Source of the DNA: Syntrophales bacterium
Lineage (GTDB): Bacteria > Desulfobacterota > Syntrophia > Syntrophales > UBA2210
Direction of reading: 5' to 3'
DNA: 64,000 bases
Assembly: GCA_963666365.2 (NCBI GenBank)
Contig: CAXXNF010000001.1
Location: 320,001-384,000, forward strand
Position 1 is the stretch's first letter; the number at the start of each line of letters is the position of its first letter. The notes under the pieces were generated by a model. The model had not been told where the DNA came from. It made no database searches and worked only from the letters and a program-made list of their open reading frames with translations. Both the position numbers and the translations under genes were made by a program. Positions 1 to 10,327 of the stretch are shown here, in pieces.

Positions 1-849
1 TTAAGCCCGATGAATATTGTCTGCAGTATAGTGTTGATCTTCCTGGTGCCCGCCGTCTTTGTCATGATGAGGCCCACCGAAGAGAATGTGGTCGAGTATA
101 GTGATATGGTTGACGAATCGCTCAAAGGGGTAACGCCGGTCAGCGTGGCTGAAGAGGCGGAATCCCTGAAACTGCCCGACAAGAATCTGTCCGACCTGCT
201 CAATCACAGCCTTCTCATCCAGATAATTATTTCACTCATGGGGCTCTGGTATATCGTGTGGCACTTTGCCACCAAGGGCTTCAGCCTGGACCTGAACATC
301 ATGAACTTTACCTTCATCATACTCGGAATGATCTGCCACAAAACCCCCTTCCGCTATATCATCGCCATGAAGCGGGCCTGCAGCAATGTATCGGGCATTG
401 TCCTCCAGTTCCCCTTCTATGCCGGCATTATGGGGATCATGATCCATACCGGTCTCGGAAAGGCTATTGCCGTATGGATCGCAAGCGCCGCGTCTGTCGG
501 CACCTATCCCTTCATCTGTTTTATCGCCGCCGGTATCGTGAATATTTTCGTTCCCTCCGGTGGTGGTGAATGGGCGGTTGTCGGGCCGACCATCGTCGAG
601 GCTGCCAGGACCCTGGGGGCATCGATGGCTCCTGATCAGCTTACGGCATACATCGCACGGTGCAGTATGGCCGTGGCCTATGGCGACGAATGGACAAATA
701 TGATACAGCCCTTCTGGACGCTGGCGTTTTTCCCGATTGTCGCTGCCGGCACTAAGCTGCAGGCACGCGATATTATGGGCTATACCTTTGTTGCCATGGT
801 TGCGTCGTTTTTCGTGTATGCAATATGCGTCACATGGCTGCCGGTGTGA
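1..849 (+). CDS. atoE: Short-chain fatty acid transporter, AtoE family (5'-truncated by window edge)
   Basis: Frame open from base 1; multi-TM protein with LQFPFYAGIMG, PSGGGEWAVVGP and AYGDEWTNMIQPFW motifs typical of AtoE. Confidence 0.85.
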   Translation, partial: LSPMNIVCSIVLIFLVPAVFVMMRPTEENVVEYSDMVDESLKGVTPVSVAEEAESLKLPDKNLSDLLNHSLLIQIIISLMGLWYIVWHFATKGFSLDLNIMNFTFIILGMICHKTPFRYIIAMKRACSNVSGIVLQFPFYAGIMGIMIHTGLGKAIAVWIASAASVGTYPFICFIAAGIVNIFVPSGGGEWAVVGPTIVEAARTLGASMAPDQLTAYIARCSMAVAYGDEWTNMIQPFWTLAFFPIVAAGTKLQARDIMGYTFVAMVASFFVYAICVTWLPV

Positions 850-878
850 CGCACTTACCTGTAGTCACTACACAGTGC

Positions 879-902
879 GGCGTCCGCCTTGCGCGGGCGC
901 CG
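879..902 (+). terminator. GC-rich stem-loop after atoE
   Basis: cggcgtccgc-cttg-cgcgggcgccg; only a weak U-tract follows. Confidence 0.35.
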
Positions 903-989
903 TATTCCTGATATGTTCCGTCGCGGAGCGTACAATATTTATAATGTCATGTTACCGCACTACTACGACGAAAGGAGTTTCCATACATC

Positions 990-1916
990 ATGAAAAGTAA
1001 AGTTATAATCACCGCAGCGCTGACGGGAAGCATTCATACGCCGACCATGTCCCCCTACGTGCCGCTCTCTCCGCAGCAGATTGCCGATGAAGCGGTCAGA
1101 TGCTGTGAAGCAGGGGCGGCGGTATGCCACATCCATGCGCGCGACCCCGAGACCGGCATCCCCGTTTCCAAAATGGAGTTTTATGAGGAAATGGTGACCA
1201 ACATAAAAAGCAGATGCGACATCGCCATCTGCATTACGACTGGCGGCGGGCTGGGAATGACCACGGAACAGCGCGTTGAACCGGTAAGCCGGTTCAAACC
1301 GGAACTGGCATCTTTCAATGCGGGCTCTATCAATTTTGCCCTCTTCCATGTGCTTGATCGGATGAAAGACTTTAAATTCGAATGGGAACCTCATTACCTG
1401 GGCATGAGTGAAGATCTGATCTTTCCTAATACCTTCAAATCCATGAGGGAATTCAGTTACATATTCAGTGAAAACAACACGAAGCCCGAATTTGAATGTT
1501 ACGATTCCGCCATGATCAATAACGTGGCCTTTATGATCAAGCGGGGATATCCCATCAAGCAGCCCGTCTACATTCAATTTGTCATGGGAGTGTTGGGAGG
1601 CATCACCCCGGAACCCCAGAACCTGATATTCCTGGTTGACTATGCCAAGCGTCTCCTCGGTGAGTTCGAATTTTCCGTGTGTTCAGCAGGCCGCGATCAG
1701 TTCGCCATGTGCACCCAGTCATTGCTTCTCGGCGGCAATGTCCGCGTGGGGCTGGAAGACAACCTGTACCTCGAACGGGGCGTTCTGGCGAAGAGCAGCG
1801 CCGAGCAGGTAGAAAAGATCGCCCGGATCATCAGAGAGCTGGGCGCGGAACCGGCCACACCGAACGAAGCGCGCGAGATTCTCTCCCTGAAAGGACTGGA
1901 GGCCGTGAATTTTTAA
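990..1916 (+). CDS. Beta-keto acid cleavage enzyme (BKACE/DUF849, Kce family)
   Basis: KVIITAALTG, HIHARDP Zn-binding motif, PEFECYD, RVGLEDN; RBS aaggag upstream. Confidence 0.92.
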   Translation: MKSKVIITAALTGSIHTPTMSPYVPLSPQQIADEAVRCCEAGAAVCHIHARDPETGIPVSKMEFYEEMVTNIKSRCDIAICITTGGGLGMTTEQRVEPVSRFKPELASFNAGSINFALFHVLDRMKDFKFEWEPHYLGMSEDLIFPNTFKSMREFSYIFSENNTKPEFECYDSAMINNVAFMIKRGYPIKQPVYIQFVMGVLGGITPEPQNLIFLVDYAKRLLGEFEFSVCSAGRDQFAMCTQSLLLGGNVRVGLEDNLYLERGVLAKSSAEQVEKIARIIRELGAEPATPNEAREILSLKGLEAVNF

Positions 1917-1935
1917 TGAATGACGGTCCATCGAA

Positions 1936-1962
1936 AAGGGGCCTGACGTGGGCAGGCCCCTT
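1936..1962. terminator. Bidirectional intrinsic terminator between convergent genes
   Basis: aaggggcctg-acgtggg-caggcccctt perfect 10-bp stem, with an A-run on the left and T-rich sequence on the right. Confidence 0.7.
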
Positions 1963-1976
1963 GTGTTGTCTCAACA

Positions 1977-2927
1977 CTAGTCTCCATATATAAGTTTGAG
2001 AAGTTCCACCAGCCGCTCGTCCCGCCGGCGTACCATGTCTCTGAAGGACGCTTCCCCCATTTCCTTCATCACACCGTCGACCAGTTTTGCCTTCATGGAG
2101 TCATCGATGCAATCCCATGTGGCAAGCTCCTTCCAAATCATATGAAACGTCGTATTTCCAATGCCGTCAATAAAATGTCCGATACCTCCCGCTTCGCCTC
2201 CCCCGAGATGATAAATCAAATGTTGTCCCATAAAGGCCCACCTGATGCCGGGACCGGCGAAAAGCGCCTTATCCACATCCTCCACGGTTGCCACACCGTG
2301 TATCACCATATCGACCGCCTCCCGCCACAGCGCCGCGGCCAGCCGGTTTCCTATGTATCCCGGGACCACTTTGTTGACAAGACAGGGAACCTTTCGCAGA
2401 TCCTTCATCAGTGCCATCGTCCTGTCGATGGTCTCCTGGGACGTATGTTCCCCGGGCACCACCTCCACCAGGGGAATCAGATGCGGCGGATTCCAGGGAT
2501 GGGCGATAATGCATTTATCCTTATTTTTCAGATCTTTCTGGAGTTCAGTGGGGCTGAGACCTGATGAGCTGCTCGCCAGAATCGCCTCTGCCGGAGAGTA
2601 TGCATCCATTTTTTCGAAGAGCGGCTTCTTGATGTCGTAGGTATCCGCTACCGATTCAACGACAAAATCGGCATCCCGCACCGCTTCCTGCATCTCGTCG
2701 GCCATGCTGATTCTTTCCAGAGACAATCTTTTGACATCATCCGACAGCAATCCCTTCGACGTCAAAAATTCGAGATTTGACTGAATCGTTTCAAAGCCCC
2801 GCGTTCTCGTCTCCGCTTTTCTGGAATAGGCACTGACACTGTATCCCTTTGCCGCAAACAGCGTCACCCACCCGGCGCCGATGACACCTGTACCCAGCAC
2901 CGCGACTTTTTTGATCCCCTCTACCAT
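1977..2927 (-). CDS. 3-hydroxyacyl-CoA dehydrogenase family protein (carnitine dehydrogenase / lambda-crystallin-like)
   Basis: GTGVIG Rossmann motif, ASSSSG, HPWNPPHLIPLVE, GYIGNRL; start MVEGIKK chosen for its gggaggg RBS. Confidence 0.88.
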   Translation of the reverse strand: MVEGIKKVAVLGTGVIGAGWVTLFAAKGYSVSAYSRKAETRTRGFETIQSNLEFLTSKGLLSDDVKRLSLERISMADEMQEAVRDADFVVESVADTYDIKKPLFEKMDAYSPAEAILASSSSGLSPTELQKDLKNKDKCIIAHPWNPPHLIPLVEVVPGEHTSQETIDRTMALMKDLRKVPCLVNKVVPGYIGNRLAAALWREAVDMVIHGVATVEDVDKALFAGPGIRWAFMGQHLIYHLGGGEAGGIGHFIDGIGNTTFHMIWKELATWDCIDDSMKAKLVDGVMKEMGEASFRDMVRRRDERLVELLKLIYGD

Positions 2928-3018
2928 CGTTTCCCTCCCTTCTCGGTTTGTGAGTGAACCCTCATTCTTTACACGAATACAATCCACTGCGCACCCGGCC
3001 AACCAGACTTCCGTCGTA

Positions 3019-4713
3019 TTATTCGCGATCGGCAATCTTTCCCCAGGAATCGCGAAGGGCGGCAACTCTGTTGAATACCGGGCGCTCCGGTCGAAAATCC
3101 TTCGAATCGGCACAGAAATAGCCGAGTCGTTCAAACTGAAAGGCCTTCCCCGGCGCCGTCTCCTTCAAACTCGGTTCCAGTCGACAAGACGTCAGGATCT
3201 CCAGAGACTCGGGATTGAGATAGTCGGTAAATTGCCCTTCCTCACCGGCAGGATCGGGTACACGAAACAACCGGTCGTAGATTCGGATTTCGGCGGGGAT
3301 TGCATGCATTGCCGACACCCAGTGGATAACCCCCTTCACCTTGCGCCCGTCCGGCGGCGGTCCGTTACGGGTTTCGGCATCATAGGTGCAGTGAAGCTCC
3401 ACCACCTCGCCCGTTGCTTCGTCCTTTACCATGCGCTCATACCGAATCACGTAGGCATTTCGAAGCCGCACCTCCCGGCCCGGCGCAAGCCGCTTGTATT
3501 TACCGGGAGGATTTTCCTGAAAATCGTCGCGCTCGATGTAGAGGACCCGTGCAAAAGGAACCGTGCGCGTCCCCAACTCCGGCTTTTGCGGATGATTGGC
3601 AAATTCGAACTCTTCCACCTGCCCTTCCGGGTAGTTGTCTATGACGACCCTGAGCGGCCTCAGAACCGCCATCGCCCTCGGCGCCCCTTCGTTCAAATCC
3701 TCACGAACGCAATGCTCAAGCACGGAGATGTCTACAAGGTTGTCCTTTTTTGCCACTCCGATGACGGCGCAGAAATTTCTAATCGATTCAGGTGTATAGC
3801 CCCGACGTCGCATACCGGCCACCGTGGGCATGCGGGGGTCGTCCCATCCTTTTACGTAACCGTTCTGCACCAGTGCGATGAGCATGCGCTTGCTGAGAAC
3901 GGTATAACTCAGATTAAGCCTGGCGAATTCGATCTGTTTCGGGCGGCCTGTCTCAATTAACTGTTCGACGATCCAGTCGTATAGGGGGCGATTGTTCTCA
4001 AACTCCAGGGTACATATCGAATGCGTGATGCCTTCAATGGCATCTGAAAGGCAGTGGGCGAAGTCGTACATGGGATAGATGACCCATTGCCCGCCCGTGC
4101 GGTAATGGGGTTCCCGTTTTATGCGGTAGATCACGGGATCCCTCATGACGATATTTGGCGAGTTCATATCGATCTTTGCCCGCACCACATGGGCGCCGTC
4201 CTTGAATTCACCGGCCCGCATGCGGGCAAAGAGGTCCAGGTTCTCTTCGACTGAACGGTTGCGGTAGGGGCTTTCCCTTCCCGGATCGGTGAATGTGCCT
4301 CTATACTCCCTGATCTCATCGGCATTCAGACTGCACACATAGGCCTTCCCCGCCGTGATGAGTTCACAGGCGAACCAGTAGAGCTTTTCGAAATAGTCCG
4401 AGGCATAATAGAGCCGGTTGCCCCAGTCGAATCCCAGCCAGTGAATGTCATCCATTATCGATTCCACGTATTCCAGGGACTCGCCCTGAGGGTCGGTATC
4501 GTCGAGTCTGAGATTGCAGGCGCCCCCATACTGGGCGGCGATTCCGAAATTGAGGCATACCGATTTTGCATGCCCTATGTGCAGGTAACCGTTCGGCTCC
4601 GGTGGAAAGCGCGTTGCAAGCCGACCTTCGCCTTTTTCCATTTTCAGATCTTCATCAATGATTTCTCTAATGAAATCGCTTGGAATCTTAGAATTTAGCT
4701 GTGTGCTATTCAT
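3019..4713 (-). CDS. glnS: Glutamine--tRNA ligase
   Basis: [15 protein letters not shown] (HIGH motif), [31 protein letters not shown]. Confidence 0.96.
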   Translation of the reverse strand: MNSTQLNSKIPSDFIREIIDEDLKMEKGEGRLATRFPPEPNGYLHIGHAKSVCLNFGIAAQYGGACNLRLDDTDPQGESLEYVESIMDDIHWLGFDWGNRLYYASDYFEKLYWFACELITAGKAYVCSLNADEIREYRGTFTDPGRESPYRNRSVEENLDLFARMRAGEFKDGAHVVRAKIDMNSPNIVMRDPVIYRIKREPHYRTGGQWVIYPMYDFAHCLSDAIEGITHSICTLEFENNRPLYDWIVEQLIETGRPKQIEFARLNLSYTVLSKRMLIALVQNGYVKGWDDPRMPTVAGMRRRGYTPESIRNFCAVIGVAKKDNLVDISVLEHCVREDLNEGAPRAMAVLRPLRVVIDNYPEGQVEEFEFANHPQKPELGTRTVPFARVLYIERDDFQENPPGKYKRLAPGREVRLRNAYVIRYERMVKDEATGEVVELHCTYDAETRNGPPPDGRKVKGVIHWVSAMHAIPAEIRIYDRLFRVPDPAGEEGQFTDYLNPESLEILTSCRLEPSLKETAPGKAFQFERLGYFCADSKDFRPERPVFNRVAALRDSWGKIADRE

Positions 4714-4767
4714 GTCGTAATGCTCCTCATGGGTCTCACTCCGAGAGCTTTGCCTGTGTCGTTTCTC

Positions 4768-4849
4768 CGTCATTCCGGGCACGTGAAGCGTGACCCGGAA
4801 TCCAGCAAGGATCTATAACTACTGGATGCCGGATCGAGCCAGGCATGAT
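4768..4849. repeat. REP-like palindromic intergenic element
   Basis: cgtcattccgggc...gacccggaatccag...ctggatgccggatcgagccaggcatga; nested inverted repeats of the GTCATTCC...GGAATCCAG/CTGGAT...GCATGA type. Confidence 0.6.
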
Positions 4850-4974
4850 AATATTGAAGCTAATGGGGATTTTTCAAAGCTCTTCTCCACCAGAGGTCTT
4901 CCTCCGGGGGCTTCAATATATGGAAACCAAACCGTGATGTCAACAGAATAGCAGAACAACAGGGATATGATGAT

Positions 4975-6651
4975 TCATATACGCTCTATGGCAATGGACT
5001 GTGCACCGATACGATACTTCCCTGCCCCGGCCAACACCTGGCCGACAAACCGTTTGGGAATGTCTACATAGGTGCATCGATTCTGAATACTGATTTTGCC
5101 GATGGAACGGCCCGGTATTTTTGAGTTATGGGAAAGCGTATCCACTACTGCGCCGGCATGAATGCCGTCAGCTTTCCCCGATTTCAGGACAAGCCGAACC
5201 ATGCCCCTTTCATGGACGGCTTCTCTTCCGTCTCTCCTTTTGTACGCAGGTTCATCTTTTCCGGCACGGCCATTCTGCGTGTTTTGGAATTTGATTTTTT
5301 CGAACCGCTTGGTTTTCCGCGGTTTCAATTCCTCTACCGCGCCTATCGGCTCTATAGGACGTTGTGCATCACCGACGCGGGCCATTCTCATTGCGGCCGC
5401 AGCAATCTCCAGAGGATCATACCCTTCAATGGCCAGATCTGCTGCGATCTTCCTCTCCCTGCGGCAACGATCGCGCTTCAGCCAGACCTTCACCTTTTCC
5501 AGCAGTTGCGCTTCTCTCTGCCCTTCAATATCCGCTTCCGTAGGCAGGGTTGCACGGGTAATACGCTGGTTTATAAAGCCTTCCACCTTGCGCATAAACC
5601 ATACCTCTTTCGGGGTTGCCAGGGAAATGGCGATACCGGCTTTACCGGCCCGGGCCGTTCGTCCTGTACGATGGACGTACACTTCCGGATCATGGGGCAG
5701 ATCATAGTTTATGACATGCGAAATATCGTCAATATCCAAACCGCGGGCTGCCACGTCAGTGGCAACCAGAATTTTTATTTTGTTGTTCCGGAAGCGACCC
5801 AGCACCCCCTCACGGGCGTCCTGGCTCATATCGCCGTTGAGCGCATCCGACAAAAAGCCTCTCACCGTCAATTCATTGACCAGTTCTGCTGTGCCGATCC
5901 GCGTGCGGGCGAATACAAGTGCGCGGGTAATATCTTCCATCTCAAGAAGACGGCTGAGGGCAGCCACTTTGTCGTTTTCGTTGACCACATAGTGTCGCTG
6001 CTCCACCCCTTCCACGGTGGTGTGCGCCCGGCCGACCGCACAGGACTGAGGATTTTGAAGGTACCGGTCGGCAAGACGGCGGATTCCCGCAGGCATCGTG
6101 GCGGAAAAAAGGGCCGTCTGTCGCGTGGGCGGGGTCTTATCGAGAATTGTTGCGATATCTTCAATGAACCCCATACTGAGCATTTCGTCGGCTTCATCCA
6201 GCACGACAGTGGAAACGCCGCCAAGATCGAGCGCCCCTTTCTGTATCAAATCAATGAGGCGGCCGGGGGTTCCCACGACAATATGCACACCTTTCCTGAG
6301 ACCTTTCAGCTGAGAAGTGTAGTCGCGACCGCCATAGACCGGCAATACTCGAACACCTCGATGTCGGCCGTAGCGAGTAGTCGCTTCCGCCACCTGAAGG
6401 GCCAGTTCCCTTGTGGGGGTGATGACAAGGCCTTGCACATGCATCCTCTCTGTGGAAAGGGCATGCAGCATCGGCAGCGAAAATGCCGCCGTTTTGCCGG
6501 TTCCTGTCTGAGACTGGCCGATTACATCATGACCGGCAATCATGGCGGGAATAACAGCGGATTGTATAGGGGTCGGAATCCGGTAGTCCAAATCGACAAG
6601 GGCCTGCACCAGTTGGGAATGCAGGTTAAATTTTAAAAATGTTTCTGTCAT
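4975..6651 (-). CDS. DEAD-box RNA helicase, DeaD/CsdA-like, with C-terminal DbpA RNA-binding domain
   Basis: Q motif PTPIQ, GTGKT, PTRELA, TPGR, DEAD, SAT, ARGLD, HRTGRTAR; RBS ggag before MTETF. Confidence 0.93.
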   Translation of the reverse strand: MTETFLKFNLHSQLVQALVDLDYRIPTPIQSAVIPAMIAGHDVIGQSQTGTGKTAAFSLPMLHALSTERMHVQGLVITPTRELALQVAEATTRYGRHRGVRVLPVYGGRDYTSQLKGLRKGVHIVVGTPGRLIDLIQKGALDLGGVSTVVLDEADEMLSMGFIEDIATILDKTPPTRQTALFSATMPAGIRRLADRYLQNPQSCAVGRAHTTVEGVEQRHYVVNENDKVAALSRLLEMEDITRALVFARTRIGTAELVNELTVRGFLSDALNGDMSQDAREGVLGRFRNNKIKILVATDVAARGLDIDDISHVINYDLPHDPEVYVHRTGRTARAGKAGIAISLATPKEVWFMRKVEGFINQRITRATLPTEADIEGQREAQLLEKVKVWLKRDRCRRERKIAADLAIEGYDPLEIAAAAMRMARVGDAQRPIEPIGAVEELKPRKTKRFEKIKFQNTQNGRAGKDEPAYKRRDGREAVHERGMVRLVLKSGKADGIHAGAVVDTLSHNSKIPGRSIGKISIQNRCTYVDIPKRFVGQVLAGAGKYRIGAQSIAIERI

Positions 6652-6921
6652 GATAGCTATGCTCCTGCACGCGTCGTTATGAATCCTCTGCGTCACATAT
6701 CCTTTTGCATGCCAAGAGCCGATGTGCGCCCTATGGGCACACATCCTTTATTGCAACAAAAAGGCCCGACCGCTGCAGGGCCGGGCAATTATATGGGTTG
6801 TTCGTAAGAAGATTATACCGCGTTCTGTTTTTTATCTCTCTTGCGGCGGTACCTATACCACAGTTTCAGATTAATATTCCAATAATTATTTTGAAAAAAG
6901 ACCACACAGACCACACGCTTC

Positions 6922-8853
6922 TTATGCCCCGTGAAAACGAATTGCCATCATAGTGATATCGTCGGTCTGTTCCACGCCATGGGAAAATTCTTTTATTTTC
7001 TCAAGCAGCCCCGACAATAAATCCTTGACCTTCAGGTCACAGGATGCACTGAGCACTTCTTCCAGTCGCGCTTCCGTAAATAGTTCCAACGCATGGTCCA
7101 TGGCCTCGGTTACTCCGTCGGTGTAGAGAACCAGGGTATCCTTTTTGCCCAACGTGAGGAACTTGGATTGGTAGACGAAATCTTCCATCACGCCCAGGGC
7201 CATCCCATGGGTGGTATCGACCCCCTCAAGGGCACCGTTGGCACGGAGTATATAGGGAGGATTGTGCCCGCCATTGCAATAGGCGAGTTCTCCCGTTCTA
7301 ATATCGAGTATCGCCAGGAAGAGGGTGACAAACATGAGAGACGGGTTGTCCATGGAGAGATCGTTGTTGACCTGGTTCAGTATTGAATCGGGCGTGAGGC
7401 CCTTGGCCGCCCTCGTCTTGATCAGTGTTTTGGTGATCGCCATGAAGAGTGATGCAGGCACCCCCTTGCCCGACACATCCCCCACGTGGAAACAGAGATG
7501 GTCATCATCCAGGAAAAAGAAATCGAAGAGGTCTCCCCCGACCTCGCGCGCAGGCTCCAGAATGGCATAGATGTCGAATTCCGGTACGTCCGGGAAGGGG
7601 GGAAAGACTTTGGGAAGAATCCCCATCTGTATATCATGGGCAATGTGAAGCTCGCTTTCAATCCTCTCTTTCGCAGCGGTTGTCTCCGTCAGATCTTTTA
7701 TATGCTGCTGCAGCGAATTCTTCATATGCTCGAAGGAGGCGGCAAGCTCTCCCACTTCATCCTTTGACTTCACAGACGGAATGGCGCTTTCAAGATTCCC
7801 GGTGGCGATAGTATGAGCCGCTTCCGCCAGCAGCCGAAGCGGGCTGGTAATCCTGTGCGCGATCAGGATGATAAGGGCAAAGAGAAAACAGAACCCGGCA
7901 ATTCCGATAATGATGACGGTCCTGTTGAGGTGGGTCACATCCGCCATGAGTTCGTCCTGGGGGAAGAGGACCCCCACCGACCACCCGTTCACCTTTGACG
8001 GAGCATAGACCATCCAGCATTTTTTCCCCGTCACCAGACTTTCAAAAGGAACAAATCCCGAATCTCCACGGATCATCTTCCGTCCCAGTTCACGCAGCGC
8101 TTTATCATTCCTTTCCTCGGCGCGGCTGAATATCGTCTCGTTCATGACAAGGTCTTTATCGGGATGTACCACGAAGGTGCCGTTTCTGGTAATGACGAAG
8201 CCGTACCCTGTCTGGGCGATCTTTATCGATACGATGATTTTTTCAAGCCACGAAAGAGAGATGTCTGCCGTCACGATGCCGCAGAGGCGTCGCTCTCCCC
8301 CCTCGATTCGGTAGAAGGGAACCGAACAGGTGGACATGACGATATTTCCTCCTCCTTCGTCAAAGTAGGGCTCACTCCACACCGTGCGCTCGAGTTCACG
8401 GGGAATTTGATACCAATCCCAGTAGAAATAACTGTAATTTTCCGCGGCGAGATCGGCAAAACGAAGATTCCCCTCGCTGTCTTTATAAAAATAGGGGGCA
8501 TAGCGTTCAACGGAAGGATCAAACCGGTAAGGCTCGAAGGCGATCGTGGCGCCGTAGATCTCGCCGTTGTTTTTCACGACAGAATGGAGCATGGACTTCA
8601 GCTCATCCCCACTGCACTGGGTATTTTCGATGATATAGGCGACATTCTGAGAAACCTTGGCAACGGAATTCAGAATTGTGTCGATCTCATTGACTGTTCT
8701 TCCGGCGAGATTTTTTGCATTTTCTTCAACATACTTTACAATCAGTTTTCGTGAATACAGGTAATTGTATCCGAATATGGCCAGGAAAATGATGGATACC
8801 GCGGCCAGAATAAATGCAGTCAGCTTAAAGGCAATCCCTCGCTTCCCGTTCAT
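6922..8853 (-). CDS. Membrane SpoIIE/RsbU-type PP2C phosphatase with Cache and HAMP domains
   Basis: 2 TM helices, dCache WYQ...WSEPYFD, HAMP DEVGELA, VGGDLFD, GDVSGKG, YTDGVTEA, DDIT. Confidence 0.92.
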   Translation of the reverse strand: MNGKRGIAFKLTAFILAAVSIIFLAIFGYNYLYSRKLIVKYVEENAKNLAGRTVNEIDTILNSVAKVSQNVAYIIENTQCSGDELKSMLHSVVKNNGEIYGATIAFEPYRFDPSVERYAPYFYKDSEGNLRFADLAAENYSYFYWDWYQIPRELERTVWSEPYFDEGGGNIVMSTCSVPFYRIEGGERRLCGIVTADISLSWLEKIIVSIKIAQTGYGFVITRNGTFVVHPDKDLVMNETIFSRAEERNDKALRELGRKMIRGDSGFVPFESLVTGKKCWMVYAPSKVNGWSVGVLFPQDELMADVTHLNRTVIIIGIAGFCFLFALIILIAHRITSPLRLLAEAAHTIATGNLESAIPSVKSKDEVGELAASFEHMKNSLQQHIKDLTETTAAKERIESELHIAHDIQMGILPKVFPPFPDVPEFDIYAILEPAREVGGDLFDFFFLDDDHLCFHVGDVSGKGVPASLFMAITKTLIKTRAAKGLTPDSILNQVNNDLSMDNPSLMFVTLFLAILDIRTGELAYCNGGHNPPYILRANGALEGVDTTHGMALGVMEDFVYQSKFLTLGKKDTLVLYTDGVTEAMDHALELFTEARLEEVLSASCDLKVKDLLSGLLEKIKEFSHGVEQTDDITMMAIRFHGA

Positions 8854-9854
8854 TGGAAATGTCCCCGAAAAAAGGAGGTGAATTCAGGTATTGCCTCTAT
8901 CAGACCGCTTTCCTTCAATGACCATCCCACACGATAATAGTCGCCGGCCAACAGTATTCCCAGAGGCGCATCGCCTTCATCCCGCGGCATTGACAGATCT
9001 TCCATCCGATCAAGCATCCACCTTTGGTGCACCCGTGTCGCCGGAATATGTTCCTTTGCAAGATTTCTCATCACGATTCTGAGCGTTTCATCGGGATGCG
9101 CATAGGCGTATCGCCACCCTTCCAGAGAGGCCCTGACAAAAGCCCGACAGAGTTCGGGATGTTTTACGTAGGTCTCTTCAAGAACGTACAGACCGTCCTC
9201 GGGAAAGTTGAGCCCGTGCTCGTGATAAAAGAATGCGGTCAGTTCATCGGGATTTATCCCGCAATTGAGAATGGTGTGGTATTCGTTATACCACATGGCC
9301 GAAGCGACATCCACTCCGTCCCGGAGGAAGAGATTTACCGAATATGATTGATGGACAATGCGTACGTCGAGGTTATATTTCTGAAAAAAGGCCCTTGGCT
9401 GGAGCTGAAAGACCGGCCCCCACAGCCCGACCTTCCTGCCGTTGATATCGGTAACCTGTTCAATGCCGCTCGATTTCTTTGCGACCAGCATCAGGGCAGA
9501 TCGCTGCAATATCTGGGCGATGTTTACTACATTGAGTCCGCCGGCGCGCAATTGAATGCCCGTCGAGAGCCAGAGGGAGGCAAAATCGGCATCTTTCCTT
9601 TCCAGCAGATCCGCAGGAGACCGACCGGGACCGCCGGGAATAATCTCCAGATCGATGCCATTCTTTTCGTAAAAACCTTTTTCAAGTGCTACGTAATAAC
9701 CGGCAAACTGCGCCTGAGGAACCCACTGCGGGATAAAGGAGAGCTTCGTAAGCGAGCCTCCGAGCGCCCAGCCTGGGCAAACAGCAAGGAGCCACAGAAC
9801 CGCCGAAGCTATCAGTGCGGATCTTCTCGTCACATCATACCCCTTCTTTTGCAA
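8850..9854 (-). CDS. NMT1/THI5-like periplasmic substrate-binding protein (start uncertain)
   Basis: Signal peptide; QWVPQAQFAGYYVALEKGFY motif; 4-nt overlap with the phosphatase gene. Confidence 0.85.
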   Translation of the reverse strand: MQKKGYDVTRRSALIASAVLWLLAVCPGWALGGSLTKLSFIPQWVPQAQFAGYYVALEKGFYEKNGIDLEIIPGGPGRSPADLLERKDADFASLWLSTGIQLRAGGLNVVNIAQILQRSALMLVAKKSSGIEQVTDINGRKVGLWGPVFQLQPRAFFQKYNLDVRIVHQSYSVNLFLRDGVDVASAMWYNEYHTILNCGINPDELTAFFYHEHGLNFPEDGLYVLEETYVKHPELCRAFVRASLEGWRYAYAHPDETLRIVMRNLAKEHIPATRVHQRWMLDRMEDLSMPRDEGDAPLGILLAGDYYRVGWSLKESGLIEAIPEFTSFFRGHFQ

Positions 9855-10248
9855 GTGTGAACGTCAGGATATTTTTACCCGCTTCGCGGCGATAGTCTAC
9901 ACCATCAAGGACCTCTTTTATCAGCAGGATGCCGAGTCCGCCTATTTTCCTTTCGTCAATGCCTTGTGTCGTGTCCGGGTCGGTGCGGGCAAGGATATCA
10001 AAGGGCACCCCCTGATCAATGATTTCAACAACAAAATCGTTTTCATGGCGACATTCAAAACGTACTTCAACGGAACCGGTCCCCTGCGGATAGGCATAGC
10101 TTGCAACATTCACCAGTGCCTCTTCCAAAGCGAGTTCGAGCCGCTGCACCTTTTTACGGTCCAATCCAAAAGATTCAGCACCCGCACGAACAGACTCAAC
10201 AAACCGGGGCAAGTTTTCAAGAACCGCCGGAAATGTCAATACTTCCAT
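9835..10248 (-). CDS. RsbW-like anti-sigma factor / Ser kinase (HATPase_c)
   Basis: LALEEALVNVASYAY, DQGVPFD, GGLGILLI. Confidence 0.9.
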   Translation of the reverse strand: MEVLTFPAVLENLPRFVESVRAGAESFGLDRKKVQRLELALEEALVNVASYAYPQGTGSVEVRFECRHENDFVVEIIDQGVPFDILARTDPDTTQGIDERKIGGLGILLIKEVLDGVDYRREAGKNILTFTLAKEGV

Positions 10249-10327
10249 TGATGCCTCCTTGGCTGTAGAGTGTCTCTTCCTACACGAAAGGGATACTCCG
10301 GATGTAGCTCATATGCATCACCACCTG

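Noticed and set aside
5128..6636. 502-aa plus-strand ORF (also 2881-3960, 13130-14221, 15821-16759, 20153-21319, 54353-55309)
   Set aside because: Antisense shadows of well-supported genes; expected from GC-rich codon bias and lacking motifs.
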